DNA of 20,000 bases, taken from the IMG/VR virus record IMGVR_UViG_3300049020_000051; one strand, written 5' to 3'. Position 1 is the first letter of the stretch; every line of letters begins with the position of its first letter. This DNA is from an uncultured virus (IMG/VR IMGVR_UViG_3300049020_000051) (taxonomy: Duplodnaviria; Heunggongvirae; Uroviricota; Caudoviricetes). Below the pieces are notes generated by a model. It saw only the letters and a list, made by a program, of their open reading frames with translations, had not been told where the DNA came from and did not search any database. Below, piece after piece: positions 1-7,834 of the stretch. The translations under genes were made by a program, and so were the position numbers.

Positions 1-10
1 GGAAAGCACG

Positions 11-886
11 ATGAAGGACTTCAAGCCGATGTTGGCGGCCAAGACGGCGCCCTCCCCCATCGTCCTCCCGATCTATTTCTCTCCGAAGCTGGACGGCATC
101 CGCGCCACCGTCGTCGGAGGCCAGCTGATCACTCGCACGAAGAAGCCCGTCCCCAACAAGTACATCCGGTCGCTGCTCAGCAACCGGAAGTTCGAAGGCA
201 TGGACGGTGAGCTGATCGTCGGCTCACCTACGGCGCCGGACTGCTACCGCGTCTCCAATAGCGGCGTCATGTCCCATAACGGTCAGCCGGACTTCACGTT
301 CTGGGTGTTCGACAGAGTGCCGTTCGATCGACCAGACCTGCAGTTCAAGCAGCGCTACCAGGCCCTGCGAAGCGAGGACTGGAACCCCGCCGAACGCGCG
401 CGGCTCTTGCCGCAACAGCTGATCGAATCAGCCGATCAACTCGAAGTCGCTGAGCAGGCAGCCGTCGACGCCGGCTACGAAGGCGGCATAGGTCGCAGTC
501 TCGACGGGCTCTACAAGTTCAACCGCGCAACGCTGGCCGAAGGCTACCTCTGGAAACTCAAACGCTTCCATGACAGCGAGTGCCAGATCGTGAGCATCGA
601 AGAAGAGATGCACAACACGAACGCGGCCGAGACCAACGAACTGGGACGGACCAAACGCAGCACGGCCAAAGCCGGCCTGGTCGGTAAGGGCACGATGGGC
701 GCGCTGTGTGTGCGCGACATCTACTCCGGTGTCTCGTTCAAGATCGGCACCGGCTTCACGGCGGCGCAGCGCGCACAGCCTTGGAAGATCGGTTCGGTCC
801 ACAAGTACAAGTTCTTCCCCGTCGGGGTCAAGGACAAGCCCCGGCATCCGGTTTACATCGGTCCGCGTTCTAAGCTAGATCTATGA
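11..886 (+). CDS. lig: ATP-dependent DNA ligase, minimal Chlorella virus (PBCV-1)-like with latch
   Basis: Motif I SPKLDGIR (KxDG), III DGEL, IIIa FWVFD, IV EGGIGR, V LWKLK, OB-fold GTGFT and C-terminal PRHPVYIGPR; latch-like insert HNTNAAETNELGRTKRST; 291 aa. Confidence 0.95.
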   Translation: MKDFKPMLAAKTAPSPIVLPIYFSPKLDGIRATVVGGQLITRTKKPVPNKYIRSLLSNRKFEGMDGELIVGSPTAPDCYRVSNSGVMSHNGQPDFTFWVFDRVPFDRPDLQFKQRYQALRSEDWNPAERARLLPQQLIESADQLEVAEQAAVDAGYEGGIGRSLDGLYKFNRATLAEGYLWKLKRFHDSECQIVSIEEEMHNTNAAETNELGRTKRSTAKAGLVGKGTMGALCVRDIYSGVSFKIGTGFTAAQRAQPWKIGSVHKYKFFPVGVKDKPRHPVYIGPRSKLDL

Positions 887-1140
887 GCACGCTCAAGATG
901 CTGCGGGAGCTGAAGCGTCAGCTCGAAGTCATCGGATGCAGCTGTGTCGTTGACACGAGCGTCAGTCACCCGAAGGTAGTCATCACCCACCCGGACGGCG
1001 CGGTTCAGCAGCTCTCGATGGCGTCAAGCCCGAGGGATGAGTCGCATCGGATCACCAACGCGATGCAGGAAGTGCGTCGCTTCGCGAGGAAGAACGATGG
1101 GAAGCACCCGCTGGGCGCGCAACCGCCGCCTGAAATGTGA
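883..1140 (+). CDS. HicA-like (dsRBD-fold) small protein
   Basis: 85 aa, ATGA overlap with ligase stop; N-terminal helix, SHPKVVITHPDG beta-segment with His, then SSPRD...NAMQEVRR, the layout of phage HicA-like proteins. Confidence 0.55.
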   Translation: MSTLKMLRELKRQLEVIGCSCVVDTSVSHPKVVITHPDGAVQQLSMASSPRDESHRITNAMQEVRRFARKNDGKHPLGAQPPPEM

Positions 1141-1300
1141 ATGCGGCGGCTACTGGTTCCCCCACCGTCGTGGTGGCGGGGCTTGTGACCACTCGGCCAC
1201 ACGCGACATCCACTTGGCCATTCGGTCGCGCGACCAAGACGCGTTTATCAACGCGACCTGGGACGCCTCCACCAAGCCTGCAAAGGACTGCCCGTTTTGA
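1097..1300 (+). CDS. small Cys/His-rich phage protein (putative Zn-binding)
   Basis: ATG at 1097 after GAGGA RBS; motif CECGGYWFPHRRGGGAC; 67 aa. Confidence 0.7.
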   Translation: MGSTRWARNRRLKCECGGYWFPHRRGGGACDHSATRDIHLAIRSRDQDAFINATWDASTKPAKDCPF

Positions 1301-1479
1301 CTACGCCCGCTCAATTCCGCTACCCGTCACTGGGTGACCCGAAGCCCCGCCCGAACCAGCGCGTGATGCTGATCAAGGCGGACAACAAGCACGAACCCGG
1401 CCTGTGGTCGGACGACTGCAAGGCCTGGTGCGTCCTGCATTCGGCCGAACGCAAGAAGCCCAAGGAGAACGCACTGTGA
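1297..1479 (+). CDS. hypothetical phage protein
   Basis: 60 aa; TTG start overlaps upstream TGA and its stop overlaps the next GTG start. Confidence 0.6.
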   Translation: MTTPAQFRYPSLGDPKPRPNQRVMLIKADNKHEPGLWSDDCKAWCVLHSAERKKPKENAL

Positions 1480-1727
1480 AGATCTACCAACTGACGAATC
1501 CCGAAGACCTCGACGACGAACCCAAATTTGCCGGCGGCCTGAGCGACATCAAGGCGCTGGCGCGCGCGGTGCCGACGGCTCTGCGTAAGCAGCATGCCGT
1601 CCACGAAGCCAACGTGCAGACCGACAAGGCCGGCGTCGTGGCGATGCTCAACGGCAGCCCGATCATCACGATCTCCCGCACCTTCAGCGTCACCCCGCGT
1701 GGCGGCTTGAAGGAAGAGGTCAGCTGA
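1476..1727 (+). CDS. hypothetical phage protein
   Basis: GTG at 1476 with AAGGAG RBS; MKIYQLTNP...; 83 aa; TGATG coupling to the next gene. Confidence 0.75.
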   Translation: MKIYQLTNPEDLDDEPKFAGGLSDIKALARAVPTALRKQHAVHEANVQTDKAGVVAMLNGSPIITISRTFSVTPRGGLKEEVS

Positions 1728-2221
1728 TGGCCTGGGGCGACTCCTGGGGTCGCGCTCCCGGCCGCTCACCGAAGGCGGTCGCGGAGGCGTTCTATGCCGG
1801 CCGGCCGCACCAGCGCACGAACTGCGGGACGGACGGCCATAGCTACAAGCTGAGCGGTCTGACAATCGCCTCGCGTGTGTGGCCCGAGCATGAACTGCAC
1901 GAGATCACCAACGCCCTGAAGGGATTGCCGCATCGACGTTCGCTGGAGTTCAGCTTTGCTGGCTACCCGACGCCAATGACGTGCCGGCACCTCCGGGCGC
2001 TCGGCGTCGACTGCGACACCGATTGGTTCGAGGGCCGCGACGCCCACGGCAAGTTCATCAAGGTCAAGGTGGCCCTGATGCGTGGTCGGCGCGTCGACCC
2101 CAATCGCTTCTACACGCTCGAAGAACTGGCCGAGATGCCGGAGTGGAAGCGTCCTGTGGAAGAGCCAAGGACACCACGGAACATGACCAAGGCCATGAAC
2201 CTGGAGCTGAACTTTGGCTGA
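1727..2221 (+). CDS. hypothetical phage protein
   Basis: 164 aa, GAGG RBS, coupled start, high-GC3 codon use. Confidence 0.75.
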   Translation: MAWGDSWGRAPGRSPKAVAEAFYAGRPHQRTNCGTDGHSYKLSGLTIASRVWPEHELHEITNALKGLPHRRSLEFSFAGYPTPMTCRHLRALGVDCDTDWFEGRDAHGKFIKVKVALMRGRRVDPNRFYTLEELAEMPEWKRPVEEPRTPRNMTKAMNLELNFG

Positions 2222-2555
2222 TGCCAGACCCATCACTCTCGACGTGGTGCCTGCAGCCAAGCTGTTAGGCATCCACCCTGAGACGCTCAAGAAACAAGCC
2301 GCCTCCGGCGAAGTCCCGGGGGCCAAGTGCGGCCGCAAGTGGGTCTTCATCGAAGCGGACCTCCTCAGTCACATCCGCGCGAAGTACGCGCCCAAGGTCA
2401 CATTGCCATGCCTGCAAAGAAGCAAGGGCTCTACCAGCGCGAACCCGGCGGCGTCTGGTACGTCGACATCCATCACGCTGGGCATCGGGTACGTCGCTCA
2501 ACTGGACAATCTGATTACAAGAAGGCCGAAGCGGTCCGCAACGACATCCTCCTGA
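2214..2555 (+). CDS. xis: excisionase / recombination directionality factor (HTH_17/MerR-like)
   Basis: TTG start with GGAG RBS; LDVVPAAKLLGIHPETLKKQAASGEVPGAKCGRKWVF is a winged HTH of the Xis type; directly upstream of and overlapping int. Confidence 0.85.
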   Translation: MADARPITLDVVPAAKLLGIHPETLKKQAASGEVPGAKCGRKWVFIEADLLSHIRAKYAPKVTLPCLQRSKGSTSANPAASGTSTSITLGIGYVAQLDNLITRRPKRSATTSS

Positions 2556-3430
2556 AGCTTCTTCAGCACGTTCCAGTGCTGAACGAACACAGCTGGGGAG
2601 AGGCAGTTCTAGAGTGGGCTAAGGCTCGGCCGCGGAGCGCGTCGGATCTGTTGAGCCTGAAGAAGTTCGCCCGGTATTTTCCAGACTGCGGGCTCAGCAC
2701 CATCACGCGCGACACCGTGCATGAGGCGCTGAGCTTCTGCAGGACCGACGGCACGTACACGCGCTACCGCACGCTGATCGCAGCGATCCTGAACCTAGCC
2801 GTGGATAACGGCTGGTTGAAGGAGGCGCCCAAACTCAAGCAACGCGAGAGCAAGGTGGCCAAGACACGCGACTGGCTCACTCACGAGCAATGGGACAAGC
2901 TCTACCTTGAGCTGCCCGAGCACCAGCGCGCGCCGGCCGCCTTCAGTATTGAGGTGGGCTTGCGCAAAGCTAACACGCTGGGCCTGCAGTGGAAGCAAGT
3001 CGATCTCAAACGCCGCGTGGCATGGGTTGAGGCCGAAGACACCAAGGCCGGCAGAGCGCTCGCGGTGCCGCTCAGCAACAAGGCTGTCGAGATCCTCCAG
3101 GCTCTGGTCGGGAAGCACAAGACGTATGTCTTCGTGCATCGCGGCAAGCCGCTCGGTGACACGAAGACCGCTTTCAAAGCTGCGTGCATCCGTGCGGGGC
3201 TCGGCCGGATTGCAAAGCGGCCGAATGGTGAGCTGTACTACGACGGGTTCACCTGGCATGGCTTCCGCCACACGTGGGCCACCTGGCACGTCCAGAACGG
3301 CACGCCGCTCGACGTCCTGCAGAAGCTGGGCGGCTGGGCTGACCTCCGCATGGTGATGCGCTACGCCCATCACTCCCCTGGCCACTTGGCCTCGTTTGCC
3401 AACAACACCAAGAGGACTTCTCATGACTGA
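2408..3430 (+). CDS. int: tyrosine recombinase (phage integrase, P22-like)
   Basis: Likely ATG at 2408 (MPAKKQGLYQR...WYVDI arm-binding domain); catalytic set GLRK (R), TKAG (K), HGFRHTWATW (HxxR), LGGW (W), VMRYAH (Y). Confidence 0.95.
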   Translation: MPAKKQGLYQREPGGVWYVDIHHAGHRVRRSTGQSDYKKAEAVRNDILLKLLQHVPVLNEHSWGEAVLEWAKARPRSASDLLSLKKFARYFPDCGLSTITRDTVHEALSFCRTDGTYTRYRTLIAAILNLAVDNGWLKEAPKLKQRESKVAKTRDWLTHEQWDKLYLELPEHQRAPAAFSIEVGLRKANTLGLQWKQVDLKRRVAWVEAEDTKAGRALAVPLSNKAVEILQALVGKHKTYVFVHRGKPLGDTKTAFKAACIRAGLGRIAKRPNGELYYDGFTWHGFRHTWATWHVQNGTPLDVLQKLGGWADLRMVMRYAHHSPGHLASFANNTKRTSHD

Positions 3431-3794
3431 CCAACAACGCCGCGAAATCGACACTCATTACCGCCGTGTCCACGGCGAGCAAGCGCTGTGCGCTGCGATC
3501 CACAACCTCATCGACAACGAGTGCTGGTTCTCCATCACGCCGGAACCGGACGACATGTGGCGGATCAACGTGAAGTCGGACTGTGTCGACTTCCTGCCGC
3601 CGGGCAAGGACTGGAGCGCCGCGAGTGACGCCGAGCTGCTCGCCTTCGCCGCCACTCAACTCCCGGATCAGATCGTCGACTTCAACACCGGCGAAACGAT
3701 CCTAAGCGACGACGCTGCTATTGACGGTCGCGGCGATGACGGCTTCCGCGTCACGACGGTGACTTGGATCTGCTACCCCCGGGACCGGTCATGA
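3423..3794 (+). CDS. hypothetical phage protein
   Basis: ATG 3423 with GAGGA RBS, overlaps int stop; 123 aa. Confidence 0.75.
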   Translation: MTDQQRREIDTHYRRVHGEQALCAAIHNLIDNECWFSITPEPDDMWRINVKSDCVDFLPPGKDWSAASDAELLAFAATQLPDQIVDFNTGETILSDDAAIDGRGDDGFRVTTVTWICYPRDRS

Positions 3795-4189
3795 ACGACC
3801 GGATCACCTCTGTCGAGTCCGGCGTGCCTGAAGCAATCCGCAAGGCAGCCAGGAACGTCTGTGACTACTTCGCCAACCGCGGCGTGATGGTCTGGCAGCT
3901 CGAAGACATGCGCTCGAAGGGGTTCGACGCCAAATTGCCATCGGTTGAGCGCGACCTGATGCCCAAACTCGGCGAGACCGTGCTGATCCACCTGGCGAGT
4001 CAGGACTCGTGGGTAGAACACTCCGTCGTCGGCTTCTACGCCTGGGGTGACCTGAAGGGCGACTCAGCGCTCGTGCGTCTCTTCGTCCGGGTCCAGGACA
4101 GCCAGGGCTATCTCAACGCCCGGCTGCTGAAGGACGTCCGCCGACTGGACGAGACGCCGTTCATCGCATCAAAGAGGGCTGCAGCATGA
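3791..4189 (+). CDS. hypothetical phage protein
   Basis: ATGA coupling at both ends; 132 aa (MNDRITSVES...). Confidence 0.75.
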   Translation: MNDRITSVESGVPEAIRKAARNVCDYFANRGVMVWQLEDMRSKGFDAKLPSVERDLMPKLGETVLIHLASQDSWVEHSVVGFYAWGDLKGDSALVRLFVRVQDSQGYLNARLLKDVRRLDETPFIASKRAAA

Positions 4190-4518
4190 CCACCGAAAAA
4201 CCAATCCCCCAGCCTGCACAGACGCACACGCCCGGTCCTTGGCGCGTCGGGAATGGCGACACGCGCACCGGCTACACGGTGGTCCTTGGCGACAACGAGC
4301 TTTTGGTCGGCGGCTGGGGGCTGCGTTCACTCGCCAATGCCAGCCTGATCGCTGCCGCGCCAGAGCTGTTTGCCGCCTGTCAGAAGTTCATGGATGGCAT
4401 CTCAATCCTGAACGACGGCCCAGACGAAAGCGATGTTGCACACGCGCAAAACCAGCTGGTTGAGTCCTTCAAGTTGGCCCGTGCCGCAATCAACAAGGTC
4501 ACAGGAGCTCAAGCATGA
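4186..4518 (+). CDS. conserved phage accessory protein (HTPGPW...ANAxLIAAAPEL family)
   Basis: Contains HTPGPW and ANASLIAAAPELFAAC, a recurrent motif pair in temperate-phage early regions; 110 aa. Confidence 0.8.
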   Translation: MTTEKPIPQPAQTHTPGPWRVGNGDTRTGYTVVLGDNELLVGGWGLRSLANASLIAAAPELFAACQKFMDGISILNDGPDESDVAHAQNQLVESFKLARAAINKVTGAQA

Positions 4519-5861
4519 CCACCGAATTTCAAGCCAAGCCCACGCCGGCCTGCACCTACCGATGCGAGGCGTTCCCGGAATGTGGCTGCGTGACGCCCGA
4601 CCGCCAGCAGGCCCTGGCAGCGATTAATCATGTCTTGGACTGCCTGCTGCGCGACTCTCCGGACGAAATTCAGGCGGCCATGCTCGACCGTGCTGCCGGT
4701 GCCTTACAGGCCACTGTCCCAGCCCCTGAGGGAGGGGATGCAACCCTGCTCGCCGCAGCGAAGCGCGTGATTGCGCAAGGCGGCACAGCCTGGTTTAGCG
4801 AACAACAACTGGCCGACGAAAACGGCCTGGGGCTGGACGACACAGAAGCGGCATTCATTGCGCTTTGTAGTCCCGCCGCAGTTCTCGCGGCCCTTTCCGT
4901 TACTCAGCCCAAGGGTATCCAGCCCTGCAAGGGCATGAACTGCGGCGCAACGGACGGCAAGAGCCATTCGCCGGAGTGCTTCGCCGAGCACGCCGCCACC
5001 GTTGACCCTGGCGTCGGCGAGCGGCACCGGGAGTCCCGGTACGCGGGCTACAAGGGCGAGCCGTTCCCGTTCTCCGCGAGCGAAGACGAGCAGGCGGCCT
5101 GGGTGATCGGCTTCAAGGCTCGCCTGCCGGCCGCCCCATCCCCCGCGCCTGCACATGCGGACGCCCTCTCGCAGCTCGGTGCCGCGCTGGACTGGATCAC
5201 CGATGGCGTGAAGCTGAACGCCAACACGGCACACCTGGTGCTGCGCTTCGCCCGCGCGCTGGCTGAGAAACTGGCGCGCGCTGAGGTGAAGTACGGCTAC
5301 GCCGATGGGTGGCTCCAGCACGACTGGATGGACGAGTGCCGCACCCGTCTCATCGAGCACCTGGGCAAGGGCGACCCGCGCGACGTGGCGGCCTACTGCG
5401 CCTTCCTGTGGCACCACGGGGAGAGCACGGCGGCGCCGGTCTACACCGCCCAAGCCCCCGCAGTAGGGGCTGACTGGGAGGCGGCTTACGAACAGTTCAA
5501 GGACGGCCCGGCGTTCCCACCTTATACCCCGGCCCTGAAAGTCGCTTTCGAGGCGGGGATAACCTGGCAGGCCGCCCAGCAGGTGCCACCCGGATGGGTG
5601 TTTGAAAAGCAGGCGGAGCCCCTTGTCGGGCACCTGCGAATCCAAGACCCGAGCGGACGCTACGTCTACGTCGGTGCCGACTGCCTCGATACCACCGAGC
5701 GGATGCTGTTTGACCTGGCAACGGCGCTTTCCCGTCCCCCGGTACAGGAGACGGCAAGCAAGCACGCGGACTGCACTCCGGCATGTCAAGGCAACCTCTG
5801 GGAGTGCATGAAGTACGGGTGCCATCGTCTGAAGACCGGCGCACAGGGGCCGCAGTCATGA
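4515..5861 (+). CDS. Ea22/Eaa-like mosaic accessory protein
   Basis: AGGAG RBS, ATGA coupling; Ea22-like AFIALCSPAAVLAAL, three Cys clusters, and a helical KLARAEVKYG...KGDPRDVAAYCAFLWHHG module; 448 aa. Confidence 0.7.
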   Translation: MTTEFQAKPTPACTYRCEAFPECGCVTPDRQQALAAINHVLDCLLRDSPDEIQAAMLDRAAGALQATVPAPEGGDATLLAAAKRVIAQGGTAWFSEQQLADENGLGLDDTEAAFIALCSPAAVLAALSVTQPKGIQPCKGMNCGATDGKSHSPECFAEHAATVDPGVGERHRESRYAGYKGEPFPFSASEDEQAAWVIGFKARLPAAPSPAPAHADALSQLGAALDWITDGVKLNANTAHLVLRFARALAEKLARAEVKYGYADGWLQHDWMDECRTRLIEHLGKGDPRDVAAYCAFLWHHGESTAAPVYTAQAPAVGADWEAAYEQFKDGPAFPPYTPALKVAFEAGITWQAAQQVPPGWVFEKQAEPLVGHLRIQDPSGRYVYVGADCLDTTERMLFDLATALSRPPVQETASKHADCTPACQGNLWECMKYGCHRLKTGAQGPQS

Positions 5862-6502
5862 CGGTCGCTGCGCTCTACGTCGAGACGGACGGCTGCTACT
5901 TCGGCCAGGCCGGCGTCGATCCCTGGGACATCGTTCGCGACGCCCGCACCTACGCCGGCCCGTGGCCCGTGGTGGCGCACCCACCCTGCCAGCGCTGGGG
6001 CCGCTTCTGGCATGGCAGCACGCGCAAGCCGCACCAGTTCAAGCTGGGCGACGACGGCGGCTGTTTTGAGGCGGCGTTCAAGGCGCTGAAGCGCTACGGC
6101 GGCGTGCTGGAGCACCCAGCGCACAGCAAGGCGTTCGACGCGTTCAGCATCCTCAAGCCCAAGCAGGGCGCCGGGTGGCAGTTCGACCGCGAGCATGGCG
6201 TCTGGGTCTGCTATGTCGAGCAGGGGCACTACGGCCACACCAGTCGCAAGGCAACGTGGCTGATCGCCTGCGGCATGCAGCGCTCCGAACTGCCCGAGCT
6301 GAATTGGTCGCAGGGCGAGCAGCGCCTGCCCGAGTGGATGGTTGAGCGTTACGGCTACGCCAAGGCCCGCCGCATCGGCGTCGTGGCCATGGTGGGCGGC
6401 AAGGACAAGACGCGCATCCGCAACGCGACCCCGGTGCCCTTCCGCGACGTGCTGGTGGGTATCGCCCGCAGCGTGGGCGTCGTCCTCTGGGCCGCGGCCT
6501 GA
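5858..6502 (+). CDS. C5-cytosine DNA methyltransferase-like protein with degenerate motif I
   Basis: ATG 5858 (ATGA overlap); motif IV VVAHPPCQRWG, motif VI-like VLEHP, motif VIII-like GHTSRKATW, C-terminal RNATPVPF; no FxGxG; 214 aa. Confidence 0.65.
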   Translation: MTVAALYVETDGCYFGQAGVDPWDIVRDARTYAGPWPVVAHPPCQRWGRFWHGSTRKPHQFKLGDDGGCFEAAFKALKRYGGVLEHPAHSKAFDAFSILKPKQGAGWQFDREHGVWVCYVEQGHYGHTSRKATWLIACGMQRSELPELNWSQGEQRLPEWMVERYGYAKARRIGVVAMVGGKDKTRIRNATPVPFRDVLVGIARSVGVVLWAAA

Positions 6503-6530
6503 TTCCCGTACTTTCACAGGGCACCGAGCC

Positions 6531-6743
6531 ATGCTGAAACTCGTCCACCCCAAGCCGTTCCGGTACACGCCGCACCGCCCCGAGGTTGTCGTGATTGAGG
6601 CCGAGCCGCTGACACCAGCCGAGCGCCTGCTGGAAGAGTTGATCAAAAAAGACCGGCACCTGCTGGACTACATCGAGCGCCGCGCACGTCGGGGCGGACT
6701 CACCCTGCGCGAGCACGTCAAAGGAGCATTCAATGACCGTTGA
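6531..6743 (+). CDS. hypothetical phage protein
   Basis: ATG 6531, 70 aa (MLKLVHPKPF...), stop overlaps next gene. Confidence 0.65.
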   Translation: MLKLVHPKPFRYTPHRPEVVVIEAEPLTPAERLLEELIKKDRHLLDYIERRARRGGLTLREHVKGAFNDR

Positions 6744-7104
6744 ACGAACCAATCTCTTCGCTTACACCGAGCCCAGCGCTCCGTCCGGCGCCTTCGTTGG
6801 CTACGTCTCCATCAACCGGGAGACGGACGGCCAGATCACCTTGACCGTGCGCGAGCGCGGCGACAGCACCAAGCAGGCCACCATTGCGCTGTCGCCCGAG
6901 ACTCTGGAGCACCTGGCGACCGAAGTCATGGCGCAGATCAGCGGCGAGGCGCGGGCCGAGCCGGTGGCATGGGCCAACTTCAGGCACGACCCGCCCAGCT
7001 ACGTGCCATTCCGCACCCGAGAGGAAGCGCAGCGCAGCGTCGACCGGAGCGAGATCGCCGCCACCCAGGAAGGCCCGTACAGCGTTGCACCGCTCTACGC
7101 CTGA
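6733..7104 (+). CDS. hypothetical phage protein with EPVAW...PLY module
   Basis: AAAGGAG RBS; C-terminal EPVAW...VAPLYA module typical of lambdoid accessory proteins; 123 aa. Confidence 0.8.
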   Translation: MTVERTNLFAYTEPSAPSGAFVGYVSINRETDGQITLTVRERGDSTKQATIALSPETLEHLATEVMAQISGEARAEPVAWANFRHDPPSYVPFRTREEAQRSVDRSEIAATQEGPYSVAPLYA

Positions 7105-7142
7105 CTTTCCCATCCCTGAAGAACAATCCGTAGGAGAACAGC

Positions 7143-7814
7143 ATGGCACGCATCACAGGAATGTCCAGCGGGCTCACGGGCATCGCCAGCGTCGCTGCAG
7201 TCCAGGCCGAGAAGCGCAAGCGCGCGACCAAAGAGACGCACGGTCCGAAGGCCAAGGTCTATCACGATAACGAGTACCGCTGCGTTGCGTGCGGCGCTGA
7301 TGTCTTCGAGAAGCAGTCGAAACAGGATCTCAAGGCGATGCGCCAAGGCCACTGCGTACCGTGCGCTCAGTTCTTCGGCACCCTGGCGTTTGGCGGCTGC
7401 ACTCGCGAGCGCCCCGAGGACGCACTGGAAAAGTTTGAGCATCTGGCCCGCGACGGGTTCCTGATGGTGCTGCGCAACCTTCACGTTGGAACGCCGGACG
7501 GGATGCAGCTCGAAGTCGAAGCCGGCGACGTCTTCCAGTGCAGGGCTTCGGCCCGCACGCCGACCGAGGGTGGCCCTCCGTCGAAAGAGCGCACCTGGCA
7601 GTTGTTCATGCTGGACTTGCAGGTCGGCCCGTACCAGATGCGCTTCTTCCCTCATGAGTGGTCTGCGATCTCGCTGCACACGGTAATGGACCTGCGCAAG
7701 CGTGGCGAGCTTGTAGAGGGCTTCATGTGTACTGAGGACTCGCACGGTCACTTCGCACCAACCCCGGCAATCCGGGAGCAGATCAACGCGGCCTTCGGTC
7801 GCCTCATCAACTGA
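7143..7814 (+). CDS. putative zinc-finger protein
   Basis: AGGAG RBS; CVAC...CVPC pair; 223 aa. Confidence 0.75.
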   Translation: MARITGMSSGLTGIASVAAVQAEKRKRATKETHGPKAKVYHDNEYRCVACGADVFEKQSKQDLKAMRQGHCVPCAQFFGTLAFGGCTRERPEDALEKFEHLARDGFLMVLRNLHVGTPDGMQLEVEAGDVFQCRASARTPTEGGPPSKERTWQLFMLDLQVGPYQMRFFPHEWSAISLHTVMDLRKRGELVEGFMCTEDSHGHFAPTPAIREQINAAFGRLIN

Positions 7815-7834
7815 CTTTCCAAGCCCCGAGAACT

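Noticed and set aside
2327..2407. N-terminal extension of the integrase in the ORF track
   Set aside because: It overlaps the Xis HTH; ATG 2408 with upstream AAGGT gives a typical integrase N-terminus.
4704..6752. Long - strand ORFs (373, 286, 199 aa) in the early arm
   Set aside because: They lie opposite well-supported, translationally coupled + strand genes and show no recognisable motifs.
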